DNA of 58,417 nucleotides, filler included, from Sphacelaria rigidula (taxonomy: Eukaryota), in the NCBI GenBank assembly GCA_964200075.2. It is 7 parts of 7 records of this genome, joined end to end, with 100 filler letters (N's around TTAATTAATTAA, not from the genome) between each part and the next. Parts side by side here need not be neighbours in the genome. Positions count along the whole stretch, not along the records: positions 25,081 to 33,340 come from CAXNAA020011746.1; positions 33,441 to 41,699 come from CAXNAA020011747.1; 5 more parts are not named here. One strand, given 5' to 3'. Position numbers and translations under genes: made by a program. Position 1 is the stretch's first letter; each line of letters opens with the position of its first letter. Positions 25,155 through 36,700 of this stretch are shown one piece after another. The notes beneath the pieces are model-generated. The model worked only from the letters and a program-made list of their open reading frames with translations. It was not told where the DNA came from and searched no databases.

Positions 25155-26266
25155 ATGTCAACGTTGATGCTGCTGCCGTCCTCCTCACCTAAGACGTTGC
25201 AGCGACCTCCTCCGATGTTGTCTCCTACCGCGCCCCCACGTCTAGGGCTGTATTGCCCTTCGGCCTGTCCTTTGTTTTTCGTCCCCTACTGCCTGGAGAA
25301 GGTCTTCAGCGTGGGCGGGTTCGGTTGTTCACGGCCCTTTCCCTTTTCCTGCTGGGACCTGACGTTGGTCTCAACGATCGCCGTTGACAGTGGGGCAGGT
25401 GTGGGTCGGGCAGGGGATGAGGTGGGCTCCGCTCCGTTGTTGCTGTTGTTCTTGTTCTTGTTGCTCTTGGACATGGTATTGATGTCGCCGTTGTCTCTAA
25501 TCTGAAATCCGGGGGTGCCTCACACACGCGGATTTGTAACGACTGGTGTCGCCAGTATGAACGGAGTGATTCGTGAACGCGAGACGGTGATTACCTTCCT
25601 TGTTATAATGGGCAAGGATTGACCGTAGTCGAGTGTTAGGCTATTGAACCACGAGGCCGCGGATAAGGGCAGAGTGTAGAGCGATTTTCAGGAGGTTCGA
25701 CGATTACTCTTTTGTGTTGAACTCAATCTACCGGCGAGATCCTGTTGCCTAGGGTCCCCGAGTCGGCTGCACAGATACAAGAGTGTCGAGCATCTCGGAC
25801 ACTGCACGGTTATATCTACTTCTGTAACGGCTTTGTTTGGTTTACATGTCATAGGACAAATCTCTCCGCACATACAACATAGTGACCTTCACAGTTCTGT
25901 TTTTTTTTTTCACCAGTGACTGTCAACAACATCCCCTGATAAACGAGGCCTTCACTCCGTACAACCCAGACAACACCAACTTGGGGATGGTGACGACGGG
26001 GCGACCTGCGTCTTTTTTCACTATCTATCGATTCTATCACTTTCAGGTACTGATGAAAAATAGCATGCGAGGACGTGGTCTCGTGAAGGCTGACGAAAGC
26101 ACCTGACGAAGGGGGAAAAGTGGGTGTCAAGCCGGGTTCATGGAAACCGAGGCGTTGGGTGTATGCTTGTACGACCAAATCCCCATCACAAATTTCATGT
26201 CTGTTTTGAGAATGGCTACCCCCTCCGCCCCTCGCGCCCAGAGTATGGAGCAAAGAAAAACTTAAA

Positions 26267-26633
26267 TGTGTGTTGTTGTGTGTGCTGTCGTCCCACCTTT
26301 TCTGGACGCCGGTCTACAACTTTTGGTATATGTGGGCGCCCCAGCCGAGGTCACACAGGAGGAAGGGCAACACAGGAAGTGTTTTTGGTTTGTTCGTTTT
26401 TAATCCTCCACCGTCCTTCTGCGGCACTTGTCTCTATTTTTTATCTCAAGAGGGGTTCAGCAGTCCCTTTCCCTAATCGACCATTAAGCCAAATTTTGTT
26501 TACCCCCGACATTGTCCCTTTCTACTGTTGGGTTTTGTGTGAGAAAAAATCCCAGATCGCTCCGAGATTCGAACCCACAACCCAACCGTCAGAAAGTTTC
26601 GAGGCTACCAACTGAGCCACCGGGGCGACCGGC
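26267..26633 (-). mobile_element. tRNA-derived SINE, full-length copy
   Basis: The reverse-complement head is gccggtcgccccggtggctcagttggtagcc...gggttcgaatctcggagcgatc. Body and CA-rich tail match 12174-12544. Confidence 0.85.
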
Positions 26634-28139
26634 TATCGGAATAGATGCGAAGAAAGCAAGGTCGAACGTTAGGCGTGCGATTGTACGATTCCCCATCACA
26701 CACAAGTTTTTCCATGTTTGTTTTGCAGTCTGCTTCCTTTCCATTATATGTAGGCTTTTGTGCCGAGGATATTACACGGACTGTCGGGCTTGAGTTGAAG
26801 CAGTCATGTTACATAGTATCAGTTGTATCAAGCGCAAAGAAACCATCCTGGGAAGAGAAATGACCGTAGCTAGCACGAATAGCTGGTGCAGCCGGCGTGG
26901 GTCGGCGATGGGGGAATCAGCATGGCCAAGGACGAACGTCACCGCACAGATCGCAAGCAGTTGCTTCTCACAAGTTGCGCCTGTTCGAAAGTTGATGACT
27001 CAATTAGTACTGTGTTCTCAGAGCTACGGGCGCCAGCCTTTGCACACAAGTACTGTTGTTGACTTCGTCTAGCGTGGAACTAGACCTGTGCATCCATCAC
27101 ATCAATTGTCACCTTGTGATATAGAAAAATAAAATTAAGAATAGGAACTATTCCGCAAGACCTCGGCGACGTGGGAGTTGGCCAAATACCGAATATTCAC
27201 GTACAAACCCTACGCGGCCGTACTCTAAGGTGATACCGAGAGAAAAATACCACACCAACCACCCCCGTGGCTACCAGACTGTCAGCACGCCCACCCCGTG
27301 AGTTCTGGTACTGTCTGTAAGGGGACGTTGCCCCCTCGCTAGGTGCGCCCGGCAAGGGTTCTTGGCAGAGCCCAATGTGTGTGCGAGAGGAGCTTAACCT
27401 AGACCTGTCGAGTGACCTGGAGCAGGAACGTTTAGCCCCCAACCCTCAGATATATAACGGAGCCTAAACGATGCTTCTTAGCTGTGTTTCTTCGAGTACT
27501 CATCCGTGACCCGGCGAAGATTTTATTATGAGGCTGGCAGAGTCCGTTGCTGCCTGCGTGCCCGACTGATACCGCACCCACCATAATCGTCATCGAACAG
27601 CAAGTGTTAGATAGAAAACAACACACGCAGTGCTGGTATCCTCCGTTTCAATGCACACCGCACCCTCAGCGCCTTGCATCACTGAATCTGTGACTCTGAC
27701 ACCTTACTGTGGTACCAACCAACACATCTTCCACGTTTCGATACCATCATACACGAGGTGCGCCTTATCTTGGCGCCTAACCTTCCAAAACACCGCCTTC
27801 GTATGATCGGGAAAAACAATATTTTTTTTAATGGCTACCCCCCCTCTCCCCCCTCCCTCCCCCACCCCCCAACCATTGACCAAGGCAAGCAACTAATGAT
27901 TACGACTCCCTCCCCTTTCCCCCCAGGACGTCCCTAGGACGTTGTCCACGGGTAAAAGGAGGGAGAGAGAGGCAGGAACAGGTAAGCGCCCGGAAGGGGA
28001 AGGGAGGGGAGATAGCGGCCCGAAGCAAATAGATAAAGATCAACGCAGAAACGGGAAGAACAACCAAGCAAGGGAAAGTAAAAGTAAAAGCGAAGGAGAG
28101 AGAACAGTAGACAAGACGAGAGCTGATAATGATTCGGAA

Positions 28140-29465
28140 AGGGAGTTAAGGATAGGATCGTGAAACGTGTGTGGATTTGTCACAGACAAGCGCAAAAGAG
28201 AAGAGATAGCTCAACAAGTGAGCAAGCACGACCTAGATATAGTAGGAATCCAAGAGTCATGGGAGAAAGATGGGGCGAAAGTAGGATGCAAAGTTGAAGA
28301 GTACGCATGAATAGAGCAAAAGCGGAAGGGACAGAAGTCCAAAAGCGGGAGAGCGGGCGGGGGGGTAGGATTCTTTGTCAAGGGATATCTATGTGACAGT
28401 ATAGAAGTGATCGACAACACGAAATTCGACGAGAGCATATGGATGGGGGTAGCAGGAGAGCGGGGAACGAAGGACTTCTTCGTAGGTAACACCTACATGC
28501 CCCCAGAATCGAAGAGTAGGGTGAACGATATACAACGGAGGTTGGGAGAGATAGCAGCAGATGTACATGAGTATAAAAGGCAAGGAGAAGTAATGTTAGT
28601 GGGAGATTTTAATGCAAGCGTAGGAAGAGCAGCTCAACCGGATCATATCATTGGGCAATACGGGGAAGATGAGAAGAACACGAATGGGGTAGCAATGCTC
28701 AAGTTCCCCAAGCATAACGAGATGAAGACGCTGAACGATAGAGCACAAAAGCTAGAGGCGCAATGAACATGGACTAGAAAATGCAAAAACGAGATATAAC
28801 GCTCCCTTCTTGACTATGTAGTGGTAGAGCATGAAAATAGTAAAGGAACGGAAGTACATGTATGCGCGGAGGACGTGGGAACCACAGATCATTGCTTAAT
28901 ATGGACAGAAAGCCAACAGGTGAGAGCTAAAAGAAATAAGCGGGATATGAAGTTGTACAAATGGAGAATCAATAAACTAGATATGAAAGAAGAACGGCAA
29001 CAGTTCCAAGAAGAGATGGTCGAAAATACATTGAATTTTTCCGAGCTGTTGGAACGCGCAGGTACAGCTGATACCGAAATGGAAAGAAATCGTGCAGAAG
29101 CGAAGATCATAGAAGGATGGGAGCAGATGGTCACGATAACAGCGAGTGAAGTCATAGGGGAGAAGCTGATCGTATGCAACAGAGCAGTAAAATGGTGGGA
29201 TGAGGAAGTAAAAGGGGTTATAAGAGTAAGGAGAGGTGCCCACGCGAGATGGATATCGAGTAAAACTACGGCAGAATGGGAGGGGTATACTAAAGCTCGA
29301 AAGGAAGCCAAGACATTACAGAACAGAAAAAAAAGTATGAGAAGATGTAGTGAAAAAAACAAACGAAGATTTCGACGGCGGGATGAAACAAATGTGGACA
29401 GGGGTAAAAGGGATAACGAGAAACCAGGCAGGAAAGATGGACAAGGGGATAGTGTTAGAAAATGA
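28140..29465 (+). mobile_element. LINE ORF2 5' part: APE-type (EEP) endonuclease plus linker, pseudogenised
   Basis: LRIGS*NVCG, DIVGIQESW, GGGVGFFVK, VGNTYMPP, MLVGDFNA, LLDYVVV and VGTTDHCLI are APE endonuclease motifs, followed by a KWWDEEV linker. It has in-frame stops and is truncated before the RT. Confidence 0.92.
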
Positions 29466-30172
29466 GGCTATGAAGCCATGCTCTTCAACGCTTCGTATGG
29501 TATTAACTTTATATATATATATATATATGTAGTGTTGGGATCGCAGGTACCGGTCACGAAGGTTTGGTCTGATGTGGGGGGCGTGTACTGTGGAATAGCA
29601 GTTGTTCTACATGAAGTACTCTTCTCTTTGACCGTGTACCCCGGTGGGTGTTTTGTATCTGTCTTGCCCAAAAGCGGCACCTTGAACACTATCCTCTGTC
29701 TACACTCCGAAGCAGCCTGTCTGCTTGCTTGGCTTAACCGCCATTGCGCCAACTCTAGCGACCACGGCAAAGGGGTTCTCAGTGAATCCTTTTAACACCG
29801 AATTACGTAGGAAAAAACCGACTAAACACGGAGAAGAAACGGTGACACGTTAATGTCGACAAAAAACATGTGGAGGAAGGCGAGAAAAGCAATAACGAGA
29901 AATAATGACTGTCACAACAACGGCGTACGCTATGTGAAGGGAGCCAGAATGTGAACACACAAGAAGAAAACGCAAAGAGACATGAAGAAAGAATTCTAGG
30001 CAAAGGTAATGATTGCAAGCGGAAGAACGGACACGCAATGAAGGGACTACAAAACAAAGACAATGGTAAGAAACAACGATCCTACGAAAGGGCAACGCAC
30101 GACACCGCGACATCAACGTAAAGGAGAGTCTGGGAATGACTTGATCCTAAAAAGCAAGAAATAATGGAAGAA

Positions 30173-31484
30173 TCACTTCCCGTCCTGAGCAGGATCGATG
30201 AGGTAGTCGTCGTCGTCGTGTTCATCATCGCTAGCATCGCCGGAGTCGTTGTTGCTGTCAGCGGAAGAGGCAGATTCGGAGTCGCTGGCATCCGCAGCCG
30301 TGTACTCGTCGTCAGAGGTGTCGTCGTAGTTGTCGCATTCGCTGCCGTCATCCGAAGCCGACGAGGTATCGGTCGGAGGCGGCGGTGGCACCTTGGAGCG
30401 CTTGGATTTGGCCATTTTATTCGTCGAAGAAGAGGAGGCAGACTTCCTCTTGGAGATCGAGGTTGTAGAAGAGGCAGGCTTGTTCTCGCCGGCAAGGTCT
30501 ATTGTCGGAGGACGGGATGCAGAGGAACGGGGGGGGGCTTAGCCTGCAGCCTGGCGATGGCGGCGTTGTCGTTGTTGAGAGCGACGATGGAGATTCCCTA
30601 GCGTTGGTCCGCACCCCAGCGACTCTTTTCGACCGCGGCGATGTATTTGGTTTCCAGCAGCCACCCAGAGCGCGAGTTCTGTGCGTCTTGGTCGAGGAGG
30701 ATGATGAAACGCGGCTGAGACGGCTTGGAGTTGTACGTGGTCGTCGCCGCCATGAGGAGCAGACCACGCTGAGTGTCCTGTGGAGAACAAGAGGGGATGG
30801 AAAGAAGGGACGGAAAAAGACAGAGGGAAAGAAAAGGCGTGCCATGGTCAAATGATGAAGGTAGTGGTGAGTGCGGGCGTAAGGACGCGAAGAGTGTGCG
30901 TTGTTATTGTCGCGAAGAGAATGGGTGAGTGAGGAAAGGTATTTCGGTGAAAGGGAGTGGAGGAGAAGTTCGGCGCAAGTGATAAGCATGGGTGGAAGGG
31001 GCTAAATACAAATTTAGGCCAAGATAAAGAGGAAGGGAACGAAAAATCTACCTTACCTCTGAAGAGACGGACTTCGACGATTTCTTGGAGCGCGCGGTAC
31101 GGCGTTCCGCGTGTTTGTCCTTCCTGGCGGCAGATTGTTTCCTCGGGCGGGGCGAAGTCACCTGGAAAGAGACACGAAAACGGGGAGAAGGGAGGAATGA
31201 CGGGGAATTTCACGTATGAGTGAGGATGAGGGGATAGGATACAACGTGGAACGGGAAAGGAGTTGCAGGATATATAGCGGAGAGAGTCGGCGTGGAGTGT
31301 AATGAAGAAGTCAACAAAGGACAAAGGCGATTAGTGGGTGGGCACAAACGGCAGGGACAGAGCGCCCCACCTTAGGCATGGGCCTCGATTTCCCTTTGCC
31401 GGGGGAAGAGCGTTTCGGCGTAGAAGCTACGACGTTGGCGGTGGAAACGTCGACGTCGGAAGTCTCGGAGGCGTCCGTCTCCTC
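30173..31484 (-). pseudogene. Spliced gene or pseudogene for a Ser/Lys-rich then acidic low-complexity protein; exons 31484-31371, 31161-31057, 30777-~30173
   Basis: Canonical AG/GT phase-0 exons (EETDASETSDV...RPMPK | VTSPRPRKQ...KSVSSE | DTQRGLLLMAATT...). An in-frame TAG at 30598-30600 and a probable frameshift at a G-run precede an acidic tail ending DDDDYLIDPAQDGK*. I recognise no domain. Confidence 0.45.
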
Positions 31485-32029
31485 CTGTCGGAAGGGAAAG
31501 AGGCGGTAGATTCGGAGAGGAACGAATGGGGCGGGAAGGGATACGAGGTCAGGCGCGAGGAGAAGAGGAGATAGCGGTGTAGAGCGTCATGTTTGATACG
31601 GGATGTAAGTGAAAATTGATATTGTATTGGACTGCATGGTGCACGGGCAGAAAGAACGGCGCTAAATTATTGACGCAGTAATGGCCGATGGTCTGTGGTA
31701 GTAAGTACAGTAGTAGAGGCAGTTCGATGCGGTCAGTCCAGATTGCGGAGTACTGCGACTCGGTAGTGTACAAGAAGAGCAGCAACCTGTCATCGCGTCA
31801 CACGTAGAAGTGGTCTGATGTGAATGGGGTTACGCAAGGGACAGTCGCAAAAACCTTTCGGGACACGTAGGCCCGAAGATCGAAAATGCGAGTTTCAAAA
31901 GGGGCGGCGGGGGAGCGGTAGGGGGGTGGGGGGTGGGGGGGGGGGGGGGGGGGGGGCCGGCTGTCCTGTAGATTATTGCCGAGGCGTTGGCGCGTGCGGT
32001 CAGTTCCCGTGGTCAGCAGAGATCATTAT

Positions 32030-32280
32030 CTATAATATATAGTATGTTAAGCAGTATTCAGTATACTCCGTATTATATCTTGTAGAATATATATGAGGTA
32101 TTATGTACTATGTATTATGTATTATGTATTATATTTTCCATACTAAATTCTACATATTATATGTATGCTTCTGCTCTGTAATATATACTATATAACATAT
32201 GATATTCTGTATGCTACAGAATATATGTATGCTTCTGTTGTGTAATATACACAATATTATTACATATTATATAGTATTAC
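32030..32280. repeat. AT-rich low-complexity (TA/TAT) region
   Basis: Direct reading. Confidence 0.8.
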
Positions 32281-32388
32281 GAAGAAGTTGACAAAAAAAA
32301 TGGAAAAAATGATGACAACTTGCGAAAAGATGCCGTCCTATACACATAGAGAACATGCTCAGCGGGGAGTGTATATTTGTAAGCTTGT

Positions 32389-32738
32389 TTGGTTTTGAAA
32401 AACGTCGATCGTGAGAGTTTCGGCCTACGATGCGGTCCTCTAAAAAAGCGGCCCTCTCACGCATTTCACTTGCAACCTTGCACTACTGTACCGTCTGTGC
32501 TTGCAGAGTACAGCCTGTGCTTGAACATGCTGAGCATGCTCTCTATGCGTGCAGCTGTGTTCATGTGAACTATGAGCGTGCTGCTGTTCACCTGCCCTGT
32601 CGGGGTACGGGCTGTACTCTGCAAGCACAGACAGGACAGTAGTGCAAGGTTGGGAGTGTAATGCGTGAGAAGACCGCGTGCGTAGAGGACCGCATCGTAG
32701 TTTGAAACACCTCAGGATCGACGTTTTTGATAACCAAT
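32389..32738. repeat. ~350-bp foldback (~135-bp arms)
   Basis: aaaaacgtcgatc..ctacgatgcggtcctcta..tctcacgcatt..caaccttgcactactgt.c.gtctgtgcttgcagagtacagcc pairs with its reverse complement at 32610-32730. Confidence 0.88.
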
Positions 32739-33340
32739 CGGGCCAGTCCCTGCAGCGACCCCGCCCCTGACCCTATCCCCAACAGTAAACGTAACTCTAA
32801 CCCCAATCATAGGGATATTAAAACGCAGGAGCGGTCCTCTCATGCAATACAGGAACTACGGGCTGTTCTCGCGAGCACAGTAGGTAGCTGTCCTTTGCCA
32901 ATACAGTACAGTACTATACCGAGATCACGGCAACGTTAAAAGCGAGATGCCGATGCAAGTGAATGGCAGCGGAGACAGATGCAGAGGATATGACGACTGA
33001 CTACAGCGTGCACCATGGTAGACGTGAAGGCCTTACTGTGGTTGCAAACGAAAGGGTATGACTGTAGCTGCAAGCTGCTACAATAGAGTCATATCCTTTG
33101 TTGGGAACATCCATAACGGGCCCCAAAATAAAAAAAAAACGCGGGCTCCCGAATTAAAAAAAACGACGCGGGATCGGTCATGATAAAATGTAGGGGTGGA
33201 TTCTTACTTCCACCGCTGGCGGTGGATATACATATTGCCGTCCGGGGGGGGGGGGGGGGGCAAAGTGTTAGGAAAAATATTTTTGAAAGCCACTTGGGTA
33301 AAGAAAAAAAAAAAAAAAGAAAAAAAAAGAAAAAAAAAAA

Positions 33341-33440
33341 NNNNNNNNNNNNNNNNNNNNNNNNNNNNNNNNNNNNNNNNNNNNTTAATTAATTAANNNN
33401 NNNNNNNNNNNNNNNNNNNNNNNNNNNNNNNNNNNNNNNN
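33341..33440. other. Artificial contig spacer
   Basis: Same spacer. Confidence 0.98.
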
Positions 33441-33738
33441 GGGGGGGGGGGTTCGGGGGGAGGGCATGTCTGAACAGTCATTTGTGGCGAGGGTGGATTC
33501 TTGTGAGACACTGAGGCGACATCAGCCATGCACAGGGCTGTTTCATGTATTCCGTTGGCCGTTGAGAAGAGGGCGCGCACGAGAAGTGAAAGTCGAGGTA
33601 ATAACATTGGACGTCACTGTTACCCAGGCTCCAGGTCTTGCATGTTGCTGCGTTTCTGTGGCCAGGTCATCGGTGGTGTATGACCGGAAACTGTTGACGA
33701 TGTAGATGAAACCATTCAAGACATACATGGTACGTCAC

Positions 33739-36700
33739 CTGTAACCGTAGTGCCACGTTTTCAGCTTCCCATTCCCATCCCGGCGTACGTCAACACCTCC
33801 CACATCTTGCACTGATGTCAATTCCTCCAGAGCTTCCTGCGGGGTCCAGCGAACGTGCACCAACTATCCCGTATGACCATCACAGGCAGCTAGCGCGATC
33901 TGCCCTAAGCAGAAACACTCGGACACGCTTAAACACTATATATTGCAGCTACGCGGGAAGAAAACCCTCATCAACGGGATGCGAGGCAGAAATAATGAAA
34001 AACACGGCAGAGAGCAGGCGTGAGAGGCGCCTTGTTATCGTTCTTTGTAAAAGATGCAACGTGTACTAGCTCTAAAATATCATATTTGATCCCTACCCCA
34101 GCATTGTCCGGCAGTACCCCATCTACCGTATCCTGCATGGCACTTTTGTGTCGAGCGTTTCTAGGCTCCGCATGCCATCGTGCTCGCCTGTACATCGAGC
34201 GCTGAGGCGTGGTAGCCGATGCAGCTCGTCGTTTCCCCGTCATAGGCTAGACGGTAGTAACCGACCTCCTGGGAAGAGTCTTCCACGTCTTTTCCCGTCA
34301 CCTATTGACAAAACCCAACAAACCGAGGCGCAAGTATGTAAAACAGCTGTTTCAGGTCGCACGTATACATCCAGGAAAAGACAAGAATAACATCAGAACG
34401 TATACTACATGAAACAAAATCGCCCAACACGGATGCTCAGCAGCACAGTTTCCTGGGGCACGAGTGCACGAGCCATATTTGATGAGCTGAGTCTGAGAAA
34501 AACAAAAACATATCAGAAGTCGCTTACCTCCCGGTCTGCCTCGAGGGTAATCGCCACGGCCTCCGTTTGATGCCCCATGAATGAGCTGTTAGAAAACGTT
34601 GCTTCCCCGGACGTTGCTATCGTAAGGTTTCCCGAGGAGCTGTAACCAGCGCCAGACGCATACAGCGCTCCTGATACCTACCGTACACAGTAGGTTTCAC
34701 ATTGGTATTTGTCAGGGGCAATCGCGAGACAAAGCCGCAGACCATAGGGGATCATCTTACAAGAATTGTGCAACGCTTGGGCTTGTGATCATGTGCACGG
34801 GTAGTATACAAGAAGGCAGATGACCAATCAAGCCTGGGTGGTGGTGTTGGGGTCGCCGTAGCGCGGTCACTGCTTCAGCAAGGTCACTGACCAAAAAAAG
34901 GATTTTTGGAACTTCAGTGTGGGATGGGACCGTTCGTCAGCAGCGTAGATTGTACAGTGGTTGAGACCGTTTCCGAGAAAACTTGGCTGGCGCGATGCAA
35001 AGTGACGGTGACATCAGTAAACCCCTCGTACTCCTCGAACGTGCACTGTTGCAGGTCGAAAGCACAACACGCGTCCAATCAAATCAGCAGCCCGGCCTCC
35101 CGGAATGACAGCACAACCCGAGTAAGTAACCCCTCACACCCCATGGGAAACGTGTTGATCCGCGCGTGGCTAGAGCTAGTATCACACCGTTGGACACGTC
35201 GATAAAATCGCCCACATGAACCCACCAATATATCCCCTCCTTGATTCCACAGTAGCCATTCCAAAGCCACCTCGGCACCGTCGTCAACGATAAGCTCCCC
35301 GCCTTCATCATTGAGCAGCACCGGCCATATCACGTCCATTCCGTCCACAGCCGTGCTCGCCACGAATCCGTCGGTATCTTCCGTCGCTACCATAGAAACA
35401 GACCCCGTGAACGTGAGGGTACCGTTATTTTGAACAGTACCCCCACATCCAACAGTCACGGATGCGGACCATGCCATGGACGCGGATGCCGGGTTGACGA
35501 GAGTTGCTCCATGTAGAATCCCTACCTCACCTTCGTCACCGGACACCTTAGCGAACATGCCCACGAGGGGTGTGCGAAACATGGATGTTCAATAGCCTCT
35601 CGCTTTATATTGGGAGAGCTGTAAATTTGTGTCACGGGATCATAATCGGTAAGGATTGAGTACATACGAGGGACACGACATGGCAAGCCTGGTGCTATTC
35701 ACGGCTTGCAGATGAGAGGTCTTTGACGAAACCGAAGGATTGCGTGCTGGTACTACTGTACTGCAACCAGCTGCCTCGTAAGTGATAAGTCATCTGCGCC
35801 GTACCTGCATGCGTCCAGCAGTTTCAAGCTCCCAACAACCACTCAAACCGCTGGAAAGATAAACGAATGGTCATCATAGGTATAAGTTATCGATGGAAAT
35901 GAGCCCGGTACGTACCACACTACCTCGCTCACGCAGATTCACTTTTGTGCAACATGCGACTGACTGAACAAGTATTCAAGTACGATTCACGGTGCTCATA
36001 CCTGCGTGGACTGAGAGCTTTGAACAGTGCCCGCTCCAACTATGTAACCGCCGAGCATCTCAAGCGCTGTAGACACGGTAAGCGTGTAGGGGGTGCTGAC
36101 GCCAAACGCTTGGCAGATAAACGGTTTCTCGGAACCGCACTCCGCATCGTACCATCGTGCCTCCCCCTGATCCGAGGCTCGATTCTTGGGAGCATGCACA
36201 GCTACGCAGTTTTGTCCTCCCTGCTTGATGTTGCAGGGCATTTTTTCGATAGCACCAAGCATCCAAATACGACAATTTTCGCATGAAGTTGTTGTCAATG
36301 TTCGGCATCGAACCTACGCTCATGTAGGCCTGACTTTGGGGAAATTGAACACAAGGTCCGATATATGATACACGTGAGGCACGTACGACCGATGCCTTTA
36401 GGGAGCTTTTCCAAGCAAATCGCGTTGTTTGGGCCGCTTGACACAGCGTAAAGACGACGGCGCTGACCCCGGTGGAACGTCGCGCACCACCGACCTCTCA
36501 AATAACCTCTATGCGGCTTACGACAGGATCACCCACCTCGTCGTCTTGCAGATTATTGGGCTCATCCCTTGACCATGATCGGTACCGCGAGTCCCCGACG
36601 ACGACCTCCAGATCATACCACTCCATCTCTTCGAAACCCTGGGCATTTTGTGTTCTCGACATGCCTATCCAACAATCACGATCTGAAGGTTCCCCCCTAC

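Noticed and set aside
16721-29465. Joining the LINE endonuclease (28140-29465) and RT (16721-18137) pieces into one element
   Set aside because: They are on different contigs and in the wrong order. The same family is plausible but unproven.
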